A stretch of DNA of 64,000 nt. Origin: Octopus sinensis. Lineage: Eukaryota. Shown here one piece after another: positions 27,211 to 41,000 of this stretch. The stretch is from assembly GCF_006345805.1 (NCBI RefSeq), contig NW_021833427.1, positions 11,018 to 75,017 of the forward strand, in the 5' to 3' direction. A program made the position numbers and the translations under genes. The notes beneath the pieces are model-generated. The model worked only from the letters and a program-made list of their open reading frames with translations, ran no database searches and had not been told where the DNA came from. Each line of letters starts with the position of its first letter. Position 1 is the stretch's first letter.

Positions 27211-27830
27211 CACCGGTATAGCTGTGTAGTAACAGGTTTGCTTCCCAACCACATGGTTCCGGGTTCAATCCAACTACGTGGCACCTTAGGCAACCCCGGG
27301 CCTTGCGGGTGGATTTCGAAGACGGAAACTAAAAGAAATTCATCGTATATGCGCAGGAGTGGCTGTGTGGTAAGTAGCTTGCTTACGAACCACATGGTTC
27401 CGGGTTCAGTCCCACTGCGTGACACCTTGGGCAAGTGTCTTCTACTATAGCCTCGGGCCGACCAAAGCCTTGTGAGTGGATTTGGTAGACGGAAACTGAA
27501 AGAAGCCTGTCGGATATATATGTATATGTGTATATATGTATATATGTGTGTGTGTGTGCGTATGTATGTATGTATGTATGTATGTATGTATGTATGTATG
27601 TATGTATGTGTGTATATGTTTGTGTGTCTGTGTTTGGCCCCCAACATCACTTGCCAACTGATGCTGGTGTGTTTATGTCCACGTAACGTAGCGGTTCAAC
27701 CAAAAGTACCGACTGAATTAGTAACAGGCTTTAACAAATAAGTACTGACTCGATTCGTTCGGCTAAACCCTCGTAGGCGATGCTCCAGCATGGCCGCAGT
27801 TCAATGACAGAAACAAGTAAAAGCTAAGAG
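27211..27830 (+). mobile_element. SINE family A preceded by an extra diverged head
   Basis: Partial head at 27211-27350 followed by a full copy starting GCGCAGGAGTGGCTGTGTGG at 27351. Confidence 0.85.
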
Positions 27831-27892
27831 ATTCAGACCAATACAGACCTCTCTAAGCTACATTACTCTTAGCCTCTCTCTCTCTCTCTTTC

Positions 27893-27932
<40 letters not shown>

Positions 27933-28435
27933 TTTCTCTCTCATAATTTCTCAACTCAGAGTGATTAACAAAGATGACAACTCCAAGATGTTTTATTCAA
28001 ATAAATCATTTCATATTTCGAAAAGAAGAAAAAAAACTAAATTAAACAGAAACGAAAACTAGACAGAAAAAAAAAGATGTTTGTATAGTTTTTCCCAGAA
28101 TCCATTGCAAAGTGATGTCACTGCAGCCATATTTGAATTTAAAACCGATTTTTTTCTCAGATATTTTAACAACTTAAAAATATATTTTAGAAAGCAAACA
28201 AAAATATTTTAACAACGAATTTCTAAATATTTACTATATTTTCGGCCTCGGGGAAGATTTATGTGAATGATGATTTAAAGTTAGATTAAATATTCTGCTC
28301 TAATTAAAATATATTTAATTAGAAAATGTCATTTTCTCTTATTTTTTAGTCAATACAGTACATTTCTTTCTGGTTAAGCTGTGCAGGTCATTGACCTCAT
28401 TGTTATTGTTGCAGTTGTTGTTGCTGTTGCTGTTG

Positions 28436-28700
28436 AGCGGTCCGAACCGTGGTCCTTTGCTATTCGTAAGACCCGCAGAAGAGAAAGCAGGTCAACCCCC
28501 GACACCGAGAGCATCGACGGATGGACGAATGCGCAACCAGGCTCAGAGGTTGCGTAGGAAGTCGCCACCACCCCTTGCCGGAGCCTAGTGAAGCTTTAGG
28601 TGTTTTTGCTCAATAACGCCAAACGCCCGGTTTGGGAATCGAAACCGCGATCCTCCGACCGCGAGTCCGCTGCCCTAACCACTGGGCCATTGGACCTCCA
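28436..28700 (-). mobile_element. SINE, family C head with an alternative 3' body
   Basis: Reverse complement of 44978-45340, with an internal deletion. Confidence 0.8.
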
Positions 28701-28804
28701 CTGTTGTTGCTGTTGATCTTCCTGGACGGAGAAGACTTATGAACAAAGATGTTCCAGTCAACAACATTCCGCCCTTCTCTTGTATGCTGTATGTCTAAAA
28801 TTAC

Positions 28805-29403
28805 TGTAGGGATTCGAACACTAACCGCAAGATATTCAGTTAGGGATCACGAGTGAGCCACCACAGTTTCACGTGATCGGTCTAAAACTCGACCAATGAG
28901 CGTAAAGCCGTGGCGTGATATAGCTCCTCGGATGCTCTAAAATTCGCCTTTTTTTGCCCACCCTATAAGAACTGTTTGGCTCCGTACTCGGCCAGACGGC
29001 CTCGAGCATTCGCACCGACTATCTCGAGTACTCAAAGAAGACAGACCGCTAAGACCAGAGCACCTAAAGCGCTCGGACGACCCCCACCTCGAGAAAGAAA
29101 CGACTTCGGACACTCACACACGTCGTATCACAGCTAGCCTTCCACAAGACACAGCGCGGTTTCCTCCTTCCACCCAGTGATTATCGATATCTTTCTGTTA
29201 TGTAAACAGTCAAATCATTAAATCATGTCCGGCAATAAACATGTTAAAAGTTTAAAATTCGCGAGTTTCTTTATTTATTATACACGCAACCAAGCTCGAC
29301 CGCACCCCCATCACCACCACCACCACCACGATGGCATTCAACAACGCAACACACACCAACAAGCCACCACCACAACGATGGTAGTCAATCACTTCCCACG
29401 ACA
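28805..29403 (+). mobile_element. probable solo LTR
   Basis: Starts TGTAGGG and contains CCAAT, CTATAAGAA and AATAAA. Shares ATCACGAG...AGTTTCACGTGATCGGTCTA...AAGCCGT.GCGTGAT with 29759-30338. The 3' end (...CGACA) is uncertain and there is no clean TSD. Confidence 0.55.
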
Positions 29404-29758
29404 TAGTAACCAAGCTATCTTATCGAAACTACTTTAGACCATTTCCTCTTTCAAGATCGTATGACGCAGTTTGAGAGCGATTAGACAGCTATTTCTCGCA
29501 AGTCAAGCAAGTACATGACTCATGTTTTACAGTTTAATTTTGACTCAATAAAGGAAAGAATAAAGCAGGAGGGGGTTATAGTTTGAGTATCGGCTTTCTC
29601 TGGTTAGTATTTGAAAAAGTCTATGAAGGAATTTTGTAGTTTTTATATTTGCTATTGTGTCTCCAAGTCAGTCCTGATCCAGAAGGTTTATGGCAAAAAC
29701 CATTTCAACAATCACTGTCATATTTCTTCTTTCTTTAAACATAGTACACCTAGGGCTA

Positions 29759-30338
29759 TATAACGGAAATTCGGAACCGAATCTCTGGATACGCGGTCAG
29801 ACATCACGAGCAAACCACAGTAGTTTCACGTGATCGGTCTACCAAGCAACCCATCGGTATCAAGCCGTCGCGTGATTTCATCTTCTAGAATATGCTTCTT
29901 GAGCCCTATGAAAAGGCCACTTTTGGCGGTAATTAATTGCAGAACGTTGAGGCCGCTGAGTGAGATGTTTCCATTCTTGCCACACCAGACAGTCCACGCA
30001 GACAACGCAGACAGATTAACAGGAACCTCCTGTTAATATAACACAACTGTTTCTAGTTATGTTGGGCAGGCCACATGATTACCCTATCATTAGCGTGCCG
30101 TAAACTCCAGGCAGTATATCTCTCTCTCCAAGTACGTAATTATTGCTGTTGCTATCTGTAAAAGGGCAACACAGCTTGTCGTTGTGTGCGATAATAAAAT
30201 CTTGTTAAATGTTCTCATTTGCTGTTGAGTTCCTTCTTCACTCAGCGCAAGACGCATATTTTCATTCATCAGCTCAACCAGTCATTGCCACAGACCAGAC
30301 CAGACCAGACCACAGCTCACACAACCCTTCAAGCGACA
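29759..30338 (+). mobile_element. probable solo LTR with 4-bp TSD
   Basis: TATAACGG...GCGACA flanked by GCTA (29755-29758 and 30339-30342), with an internal AATAAA. Removing it restores ctagggctacattatc, which matches the uninterrupted repeat at about 37255. Confidence 0.65.
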
Positions 30339-30404
30339 GCTACATTATCTAATGTACCTTCCCCTGTCTACATTTCTGCGAGTAAAACAGAAATTCTTTC
30401 TCGG

Positions 30405-30589
30405 CACTCTGGACGAAATGCTTAGCGGTATTTCGCCTGTCGCTACGTTCTGAGTTCAAATTTTGCCGAGGTCGACTTTGCCTTTCATCCTTTCGGGATC
30501 GATAGATTAAGTACCATTTGCGTACTGAGGTCGATCTAATCGACTAGCTCCCTCCCAAAAAATTTCAGGCCTTGTGCCTAGAGTAGAAA
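30405..30589 (+). mobile_element. SINE family B, 5'-truncated, 16-bp TSD
   Basis: TSD AGAAATTCTTTCTCGG at 30389-30404 and 30590-30605. B-box GAGTTCAAAT and body GCCTTTCATCCTTTCGGG.TCGATA. Confidence 0.9.
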
Positions 30590-31094
30590 AGAAATTCTTT
30601 CTCGGGTACATCATCGATCTTCTAATATAGACAGAGGACTGTTGGCTTAGCCCTGTCAACAGCGGTACCTTACCTTAGAGGTACCATAGATATAACTACA
30701 ACACTATATATGAACGTTACTGCCCTCGCTCTTTCTATCAACAATGACATTTACAGTAGGGGTACTTTAGAGAGAACTATGACAGTGGTACAGTAAACAA
30801 TATCAATGACCTAACTAAATCAACAGTACGCTGCCCTACATCAATAAAACCATCCGCTGACACTCCTTTAATATAACAGTACCACTGACCCAAATCAATT
30901 CGAGCAGGTTTGGTATGATTCGCAGCCTGTAGCCGGAATATTTTCCGACTTTAAAATAGGAAACTAATCAGAATGTTTTCGCTGTGATTGTCACATCGTG
31001 TAATGCTGTTACGGATTGCAACAAGCAAGCGACAAAGGAATCCCTTCGAGGTTTTCTGACGTGCTAGAGATAGCAGCCAAATGTCTTTTGAGTT

Positions 31095-31362
31095 TTACTT
31101 ATTTCAGCCACTAGACCGCGGCCGTACTGGAGCACCGCCTTGAGAAATTTTAGTCGAACGAATCGACGCCAGAACTTTCATTTTTTTTTTTTTGCCTGAT
31201 ACTTATGCTAGTGGTATCTCTTTTGCCGAACCGCTAAGTTACAGGGACGTACACAAATCAACACCGGTGTTCAAGCGGTGGTGGGGCACAAACACACACA
31301 CACACATACATATACATATATGTGTGTGTGTGTGTATATATATATATAACAAATAATGTATG

Positions 31363-31403
<41 letters not shown>

Positions 31404-31411
31404 TATATATA

Positions 31412-31443
<32 letters not shown>

Positions 31444-31906
31444 ATATATACGTGCATATATGGGTAGAGGACATCACCAACAGTGCAAATAACATGAAAT
31501 ACGCAAACAACGAGAAAAAATGGAAAACAGAACAAGTAAACACAGAGAAAGGACCCATCATATATATGGTTCAAATTTACAGAAAACAAAAGACAAAGAC
31601 AGGTGAGGGACCAACAGACAGGTGTATTAGTTGACGCTCAGAAATATAGAAAAGTCTTTGACGTTTCGAGCCTAGCTCTTCGACACGTGTATATATATAT
31701 AATATTATATATATATATATAATATATATATCTATATATATATATGTATATGTATATATGTATATGTATATATATATATGTATATAGTATATATGTATGC
31801 GTATATATATATATATAATATATATATATATATATGTATATATTATATATATATGTATGTATATATATATTAAATTATGTATAATATATATATATATGTA
31901 TGTATT

Positions 31907-31950
<44 letters not shown>

Positions 31951-32172
31951 TATGCAACACACATGTAATATACATATACATATATATATATATATATTAT
32001 ATATTTATATGTTGGGCTTTTATCAGTTTCCATCAACCAAATTCTCTCGTGTAGCTTTGGTTGGCCCGAGATTATAGTAAAAGACACTTGCCCAAGGTTC
32101 CACGCGGTCCGACCGAACCCAGAACCTTATGGTTGGGAAGCAAGCTTCTTACCGCACAGCTATGCCCACACC
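31095..32172 (-). mobile_element. SINE family A split by expanded (TA)n and nested fragments
   Basis: 3' half at 31095-31290 and 5' half at 32010-32172. Confidence 0.75.
31461..31690 (-). mobile_element. Penelope-like terminal fragments nested in (TA)n
   Basis: Minus strand GTCGAAGAGCTAGGCTCGAAACGTC (about 31685-31660), homologous to 9560-9712. A second, unrelated fragment lies at 31461-31560. Confidence 0.5.
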
Positions 32173-32404
32173 TGTTTCCCTCAAATTTCACTCTACTCTG
32201 ACTTTAAAGACGAGATCCACTCCAATCTACATACTTCTACTCATTCAAAACAATTCCGTTTAATATCTAAATTGCAATGAAAGATTCTTGTTTCTTGATT
32301 GGAAACCGACTTTTCCTCCGTTGAGGAGAAATTCGAGAAATAAAACCAAGAACAGTTATACACATCAGTGTGGTCGTTCACTCGCACACACACACAAACA
32401 CACA

Positions 32405-32472
<68 letters not shown>

Positions 32473-33017
32473 ATATTACACACAAGCACACAAATACAAA
32501 CACACAAACACACACATATACATACAAGCACACACAAACACAAACATACACACACACACACATACATATACACACACAAAACTACAAACACATTCACGCA
32601 CTAACACATAGATACACTAACCTACATATACACACATATACACACACAGAAATTTTCTCCCCTTCTCCACTGCTCTCTCCAAAACCCTTTCTTTCTTTCG
32701 TTCTTCCTCCCTCTCCCCCTCTTCTCTCACAATCAGCAATACGACCCCGCCCCCTCGCCTTATCGATATTCAACCAACAAAGTGCATCGATCTATTTCTG
32801 GATCACTTGTAACAATGCTGATCATCACACAACCACCGCAAAAATCGATCTATCTGTCACGTGGTAGAATTAGATAAGTGTGATATAGTATTCAAGTTTT
32901 TCAGCTGAACCAGGTTTTGGTTTTAGGACGAAAAGCTTAAAAGCTTAATATGAGAGAAACATTTCCATACCCCCAAGATGTCGATACCAGTAATATACTG
33001 GGATTTATACCTCTTTT

Positions 33018-33255
33018 GGCGGCGAGCTGGCAGAAACGTTAGCACGCCGGGCGAAATGCGTAGCCGTATTTCGTCTGCCGTTATGTTCTGAGTTCAAATT
33101 CCGCCGAGGTCGACTTTGCCTTTCATCTTTTCGGGGTCGATAAATTAAGTACCAGTTACGCACTGGGGTCGATGTAATCGACTTAATCCCTTTGTCTGTC
33201 CTTGTTTGTCCCCTCTATGTTTAGCCCCTTGTGGGTAATAAAGAAATAGGTATTT
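33018..33255 (+). mobile_element. full-length tRNA-derived SINE family B (tail type 1)
   Basis: GGCGGCGAGCTGGCAGAAACGTTAGC...GAGTTCAAATTCC...GTGGGTAATAAAGAAATAGGTATTT. Confidence 0.9.
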
Positions 33256-33514
33256 ATAACTCTTCTTCCGAAATGTCTGGCTTGGTTTCACTGATAGAAA
33301 TTGCTAGAGTTTTCTTTTTCAACCGAATTTACTTTTTTTGTTGTTGGTGTATGCCCGTGTGTATCTACGTGTGTGTATGTGTGTGTGTGTGTGTGTGTCT
33401 GTGTGTCTGTGTCTGTGTGTGTGTGTGCGTGTGTGTCTGTGTGTGTGTATGTGTCTGTGTGTGTGTTTGTGTGTGTGTCTGTGTGTGCGTGTGTATGTGT
33501 GTGTGTGTGTGTGT

Positions 33515-33562
<48 letters not shown>

Positions 33563-36500
33563 GAGACAAGGCAAAATACATCCAAAATCACATACCAAAC
33601 CAATCCATCGAAGCTGGTGGTCTCCAATAACAAACAACCCCAGAATCAAAATGTTTATTGTCCCCCCACCCCACCCCATTTTCCTACTTCTACCGCTTCT
33701 ACATCTTCTGCTTCTGTAAACTAAACAACCTGGATGTTCTCTTTCCATCCATGACATCTCCGTGTTACTGCTTGCCTCCACCCACTTCTGACAATCATTG
33801 CTCTAAACATCTGGCGGCTATATCTAGCAGATCAAGCAGTGGTTGTCACGTTAGTGTTGGTTATCCGTAGATCGAGCCTTATAAATGAGCAATGCCTCTC
33901 CAGCCATGACCTCTCTGTCAGTCTCTTGGACATTGTGCATTTGTGTTATCTAATATGTGCCCGGGGGAAATAAATTGGGGCAGATTTAGCGGCATCTGTC
34001 GAATAATCACGCAGCGATTCAATGTCGGTTCTTGTTGCTGCTGCAGCTAATGCTGCTGTTGTTGTTGTTGTTGTTGCTATTAAAATTGTTGTTATTGTTC
34101 TTTTTGCCGCTGTTGTTGTTGTTGTTGTTGTTGCTGCTGCTGTTGACAATTACGATGAAAGAATAATTAGCGCTGCTGGAGAAGATCGTAAGGGAGTGGC
34201 ATAGATCACGTGATACAAAGAGATCAGGAACAGGGACAGTAATTAGCATTAATTAAGGAGAGTTAATTAGAAAGGAGAGCAAAGTTGGGAATAGCATTAG
34301 ATGTTGTTGTTGTTGTTGTTGTTGTTGCGGTTGTTGTTGTTGTTATTATTGTTGTTATTGTTGTTGTTGAACATGTTTTGTCTTCTCCAAACCGGATTGA
34401 TCCTGTTAGGGTCAGGATGCCATTGGGTTTTCGTTAACACAATAGGGGTCGAAAGAAAGACGAAGTGTGTGGCCAGCTGTGGTTGACCATAGAGTGACCA
34501 ACCGTGAATGGAAGTGTCATTTTGTAATGACCAGTATGGTTTTGTTGTATAACTACAAGATGTGGCCAAAAGTAATGATATCACTGATGCAACATATACC
34601 GATAGTGACTTGGACGGAGCAAATGATAATCAAGGGGTGGTTGTAAACTGACCAATGACTGGTCAAAATATGGAGTATGAAAAGACTTTAGGAACTTAGA
34701 GATTTTATTATGGTAAGTCCTGAGACGATGAGAAATGGTTACGGAATGATCGGAGTCTTAAGTCCAAGAGGTAAAACAGCTCACAATTGGGATTTTTCCA
34801 TTTAAAAAAAAAATTTATTATATTTATTTATTTATGTACTTTTTTGATTTTTCCGAAACAGGTAGGAAGGGGTTTACTTCAAATCGAACTCCTGGTCAGA
34901 ATTCTAGTGACAGAGTGAATTCCAATGAAGATACCCGAGGTCCAGGTAGTAGTGTTAAAGGTACTCAGAGACCAGATTGTGGTGGTAAATGTACCCTTGG
35001 ATCAGGTGGTAGTTTTAAAGCAAGCGGTTGATAAAATCTACCACCTGTGAAATCTCCTAAACCCTCTCTTTCTGACAAAAATGAGTTGTCCCTGTATTTT
35101 AAAGGGCCAGCCTTGTCACATTCTGTGTTGTGAGAATAATATTAAGGGTACACGTGTCTGTGAGTTGCTCAGTTAATTTCAAAAGCAGGCTGTTCCGTTA
35201 ATCAGGCCGACTGAAACCCTTATCGTTGTAATTGGCTGGATCAGAGACCGGTCAAGCAGGAACCAGAGAATCATTATTGAGTGACCAGAGATTGGCCAAT
35301 AGATTGTCTGTGACTGAAGCGAAATATTACAAAGAATGGAGTGAGTGAAAGGGGTGAAGAGGATATTGGGGAGAGTGCTGCTGTAGGGGTATTGAACAAG
35401 AAGTGACCAGAGTGGACATTGATAAGAAACCACCGATTAGCCATTAAGTAAACAGCGAGTGAGTAGGAAATTAACAAAGGTTTATCAAGAAGAGGACTGC
35501 GTGGTCTGAGAGTGGCCAGGCAATGATCAGCAAAAACAATAGATGACCAACAGATAACTAAAAGTTGGTGGAGTACTCTTTGTAAAGATCAAGGGAGTAT
35601 CAGAATGATTGCTGGACAATCAGATTGAGAATATTCTGGAAGACCAAAAGATATGAAGATGAACCGAGTTGTAGAAAATAGAGTAGTCTGGTACATTGCT
35701 GTTGATGGGAGCTTCTTTGACTTCATCGCCAGAAAACATGGATGTACCTGGATGTACCAGGATGTATCAGTTTTAATTCAAACAACTACACCCTTTCATA
35801 CCCAGCAAACTTTGAAAGAAATCAGAAATATATACCTAACTAGCGGGTACCCGTAGGCTTTCCAAAGTTACCCAGTAGATGTGTTCATTTTGATAATTAA
35901 ATACTTGCGAAAAAATGTATCTAAAGGGATTGTCTCCCTTGCTCTTTTTGACCGGAGTTAGTCATTAAGATATGATTTATTAAGTTATACATAAATACAA
36001 TTCATTAATAGTCAATTAAGATATAATGATTTATTCTGTTTTAGTATAACAGTATTCTTAACAATTCAAGGTTGACTTACATCATATACCTTAGCCTCAA
36101 CTTAACTCCAGTCTTTCCTATGAATATTACCTCATGTTGATCTCCATATATTCACTTATTCACAATGTCACAGCGCATGCGCAGCATTTTATTTTTCAGC
36201 GATATTTTCACCTCAACTTCATTCCGCAGAAAATGGTTTCGCTCAATTAACTGGCGGGTGGGGGAAGGTTTTCGCCGTTCCTCACAATAAGAATGAGATT
36301 TTCTTCGCCACTTTGAGCTGTTTTTCTCTCCTCAAAGACAAACATCAATACCGTCGTTGCCAAAAACAAAGCAGCTTGTTAAAAGTGAATTATGTGGACC
36401 AAAGTGGATTTCGGTTTCAATGTTTCGATTGTGTTTCTTCTCAGCCGCTGATTGGATCATTCTATATTTAGTCAATGATAATGAGTTGTGTACCCTTGAA

Positions 36501-36877
36501 AGGAATCTCGAACCAATTCCACCAAACAATGGCTAATGAACTTCAAGATTTAATTATTTATTCCACAATTTGTTACAATCAAACAGTTCCACGAGGTTTG
36601 GCCAACAATAAGAAATGGCAGAAAAATTCTATCGGAACTAATCGATAAGTCCGAATAATCGGTTAGAGTCATACTAATTGGTTGTGCAAGTGTGAAAATC
36701 AATATCGAATGTAGATCAAATATAATTGCAATTCCTACCGACACTGCGTTGGTACCTTTTGCCGCTAGTTTTGGTTGTTGTTTTACTTTTTTTTTTCTTT
36801 ATTTTATTGAGCTTCTCACAATTTTATGCTTCGTCCTTCCAGATTAACCTCTCTTTCCTCTCCCTCTTTCTTTCTTC

Positions 36878-36908
<31 letters not shown>

Positions 36909-37187
36909 TTTCTCTCTTGTCAGAGAGCATCAGAAAGTCTCTTTGCCAATCTATAACAATTAGACCGAGAGCAGTGGAAGCACTTTTCGGAATCTGTCGT
37001 ATTGCGACGCATCTTGACGAAAGCCATAATAACCAAGCGCGAGCCATTCCTTCCCAAATTACAATCGTACAGCAATTAGAACTCACTGCTACAAAACTAG
37101 CGAAACACACAACAAGCATGCTATGCTACCACTTACTACTTCTTACAATGAGTTATACACCTTACTAACACTTATTTGTGTGATTAT

Positions 37188-37364
37188 TGCCTATAATCAA
37201 AGGCATCTCCGCCGCGACCATCTGTCTTCTCTTTTTTTTTCAGATACAACGTATCTAGGACTACATTATCAGCGTGTGCTTCCCATTGTTTTAAAGATAG
37301 TACGGTGTGATATGAAAGAGAGTTGGCTGCTATAACTAGCAGACCCAGCGACCAGGTAAAGGCA
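37188..37364 (+). mobile_element. old dispersed repeat (family D), uninterrupted copy
   Basis: ...GTATCTAGGACTACATTATC...TTGGCTGCTAT..CTAGCAG. Diverged copies lie at about 21970-22160, 28720-29515, 29670-30365, 33860-33990 and 46320-46430 (-). Confidence 0.55.
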
Positions 37365-38008
37365 CGACTTTATAAAGCCTATATGAAACAAGGTCTGGGA
37401 CGATGTTTTGGCAACGAGTTCTCTACCGATTCCCAGTTTCCAAACTGGGAACCATCAGAGAAAAGACTACCAGCCTGACAAAACAAATTATATAAACTTA
37501 ACCAAACACAAATTATAACGAAGGGGGAGATGATACCTCCACCTCTCCTTCCATGCCCACCTCCTAATAACTGAGAAATAGTGTTTATTTATTTGGTTTT
37601 TCTTGGCAAAAATAAACCAACTGACGTTGAAGTGTTTGTTTTGCCTGGTGTTTGGCGTTTATTTAGACAGGAATCGTCAAAGAAATCAAATCTTTGGTCA
37701 GGAATTAGAACTTGTTTAAACATTCAACACAACTTGAACAGTTTTTCTTGCAATCTTCACCGAAATTCTATTAAAATAGTTACATTTCTATATAGCTGTA
37801 TGTGTGTGTGTGTATAAGTATGTTAGCGTTTCTTTGTGGGGTGGGGAACAGGTATGAGTTTGGGTGGTGTGTGTAGGAAAGAATAGACGTGTGGGGGTCA
37901 CTATGAAAGGAAAATTATGTTCATGCTTGGGGATGTGTTCTTGCACGAGTGTCGACGATAATTATTGTATGCATGTGTGTAGATAGACAGACAGACAGAC
38001 AGACAAAC

Positions 38009-38052
<44 letters not shown>

Positions 38053-38316
38053 GTAGATAGATAGATAGATAGATATATAGATAGATAGATAATAGAATAG
38101 ATAGATAGATAGATAGACATTACACACACACACATATATATATATAAATGAATAAATAACAACAGGTGGATAATGTGCCAATTCACTTTCCTACACACAT
38201 ATATATACATCATATGTGTGTATATAATATATATATATATACATATGTGGTACATATATATATATATATATATCATATATATACAGAAAATATATGTGCA
38301 TGCATATATATGTATG

Positions 38317-38369
<53 letters not shown>

Positions 38370-38641
38370 GTGTGTGTGTGTGTGGTGTGTGTAATACATA
38401 GATACATATAAATATATATATATATATAATATATATGCATATATATCAATTATTTAGATAGATAGATTATATGTATGTATGTATGTATGCACATTTATAC
38501 ATCTGTGTACGCGTGTGTGTTTAGTGTTTATACATAATAGCTTCTGAGTCTGTGAATTAGTTTCTTACAAAATTTCTACATTTCAAAATTTTTCTTTTTT
38601 TCTCTTAGTATTATTTATTCATATACAACGCGAAGAAATGG

Positions 38642-38746
38642 AATAATAATAATAATAACAACAACAACAACAACAACAACAACAATAATAATATAATAAT
38701 AATAATAATAATAATGATGATGATGATGATGATGATAATAATAATA

Positions 38747-38789
<43 letters not shown>

Positions 38790-38833
38790 TGATAATAATA
38801 ATAATAATGATAATGATAATAATGATAATAATG

Positions 38834-38865
<32 letters not shown>

Positions 38866-39121
38866 CATAATAATAATAATAATAATAATGATGATAATAA
38901 TAATAATAATGATGATAATAATTAATAATAATGATAATGATAATAATATAATAATGATAATAATAATAATAATAATGATAATAATAATGATAATAATGAT
39001 AATAATAATAATATAATGATAATGATAATAATAATAAATAATAATTAATAATGATGATAATAATAATAATAATGATATGATAATAATAATAATAATGATA
39101 ATAATAATAATAATAATATGG

Positions 39122-39164
<43 letters not shown>

Positions 39165-39208
39165 GTAATAGTAATAATAAATAATATAATAATAATAATA
39201 ATATAATG

Positions 39209-39242
<34 letters not shown>

Positions 39243-39292
39243 TAATAATAATAATAATAATAATAATAGTAATAATAATAATAATAATAATA

Positions 39293-39332
<40 letters not shown>

Positions 39333-39336
39333 TAAC

Positions 39337-39370
<34 letters not shown>

Positions 39371-39395
39371 TAATAATAATAATAACAATAACAAT

Positions 39396-39477
<82 letters not shown>
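38642..39477. repeat. (AAT)n/(GAT)n tract, about 840 bp
   Basis: Direct reading. Confidence 0.95.
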
Positions 39478-39479
<2 letters not shown>

Positions 39480-39798
39480 GGGGAGCATCATAGCCATGTG
39501 TTGAGAGGAATTCTTTAGGTTTGGATATTTCACATCTGGAAACATGGGTGGTTCTTTCAACATCCTTAAACAACCCTTATTCAGGGACCTTTTGAGCAGG
39601 ATGGGCTACTCGACCTGAAGAAAATTCTAACTGGGCCCCACCTGTTTATCTTGATATGAGATCACCATGTCGCGCACATATGGTTGTGATGCATGTGCCT
39701 AGTGTACCCTTATCAGACGGGTAGTCATGATGGGTATACTGGGCTTCGTATATTTTACCCCAGTGCCACTTTGATGGCATGCACTGCTCTCTCACTCA
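39478..39798 (-). mobile_element. dispersed repeat embedded in (AAT)n, probably the 5' part of an R4/Dong-type LINE
   Basis: Shares agcatcatagccatgtgttgagagg.attcttt with 52805-52855 and is flanked by (AAT)n on both sides. The family assignment is inference. Confidence 0.45.
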
Positions 39799-40204
39799 AT
39801 AATAATAATAATAATAGTGATAATAGTAATTGAAGGAAAATGTAATTTCGCGTCGAAGATAAACGGTGTAAAGGAAGAACGTGAGGGTGTCTTTAACCTT
39901 CGCTGGTTTTTAATTAAATCTCCATATGTAATAAACAGTTTTGAATAACGAGGAGGACCTGTCCCGTCATTTTAACTGACAGCTGAGAGATTGTTAGGGG
40001 GGGGAGGGCGAGGAGGCGGCGTTTGGGTAATGTTTAGAATGGTATCAGATGGAATGTAATAATGTTTGTTGATTTCTTTAACGTTGTCCGCCGCCATATT
40101 TGGTAAGATACGTGATAATGTTTGTTGTTTGTTGGTTGTTTGTTGTTGTTGACAAATATTCCAAACTTGCATTAAAACATGTCTTTCAAGGAGAGTCACT
40201 GACC

Positions 40205-41000
40205 AGTGGTGAGTGAGTGAGTGAGGTAGGGATGGGGAGGAAGGAAGGAGAGAGTGAGTGAGAGAGAGAGAGGGGAGGAGGGTGGGAGAGAGGGAAGAGA
40301 AGGGGTGAAAGAGAATGAGTGAAAGAAGGGGAGGGAAAGAATGAGAGAGAGAGAGAGGGAAGGAGAGAATGAGTGAGAGAGACAGGGAAGGAGAGAATAA
40401 GTGAGAGGAGGGAAGGAGAAGGAGAGAATGAGTGAAGAGAGAGAGAGAGATTTTGAGAGAAGGAATGAGATAGGGAGGGAGGGATAGAATGAATGATAGA
40501 GGGAAATGAGAGAATGAGTGAGAAAGAAAAGAGAGAGAGAAGGAGGGAGGGAGAGAGAATGAATGAGAGAAGAAGGGAAGGAGGGAGGAAGAGAATGAGT
40601 GAGAGTGGGAGGGAAGGAGAGAATGCATGAGATGAGGACGGAGGGAGAGAATTATTGAAAGAGGGAAAGAAGGAGAGAATCTGTGAGAGAGAAGGGAGAG
40701 AGAATGAGTGAGAGAAGGAGGGAGGGAGAGAGAATGATTGAGAATGGGAGGGAAGGAGAGAATGCATGAGATGAGGACGGAGGGAGAGAATTATTGAAAG
40801 AGGGAAAGAAGGAGAGAATCTGTGAGAGAGAAGGGAGAGAGAATGAGTGAGAGAAGGAGGGAGGGAGAGAGAATGAGTGAGAATGGGAGGGGAGTAGGAG
40901 AGAAAAAAGAGTGAGAGAAGGGGGCAATGAGGAGAAGGAGAAAGATGAATGAATGTGAGAGGGAGAGAGAGGGTGAAAGGGAATATAGATATTGAGGAAT
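40205..41000. repeat. polypurine (GA-rich) tract with an internal 139-bp tandem duplication
   Basis: Recurrent GAGAATGAGT. ATGCATGAGATGAGGACG occurs at 40623 and 40762. Confidence 0.85.

Noticed and set aside
35838-36340. Helentron-like element starting ACTAGCGGGTACCCG
   Set aside because: Only the 5' motif is suggestive. I could not find the matching subterminal repeat or 3' stem-loop.
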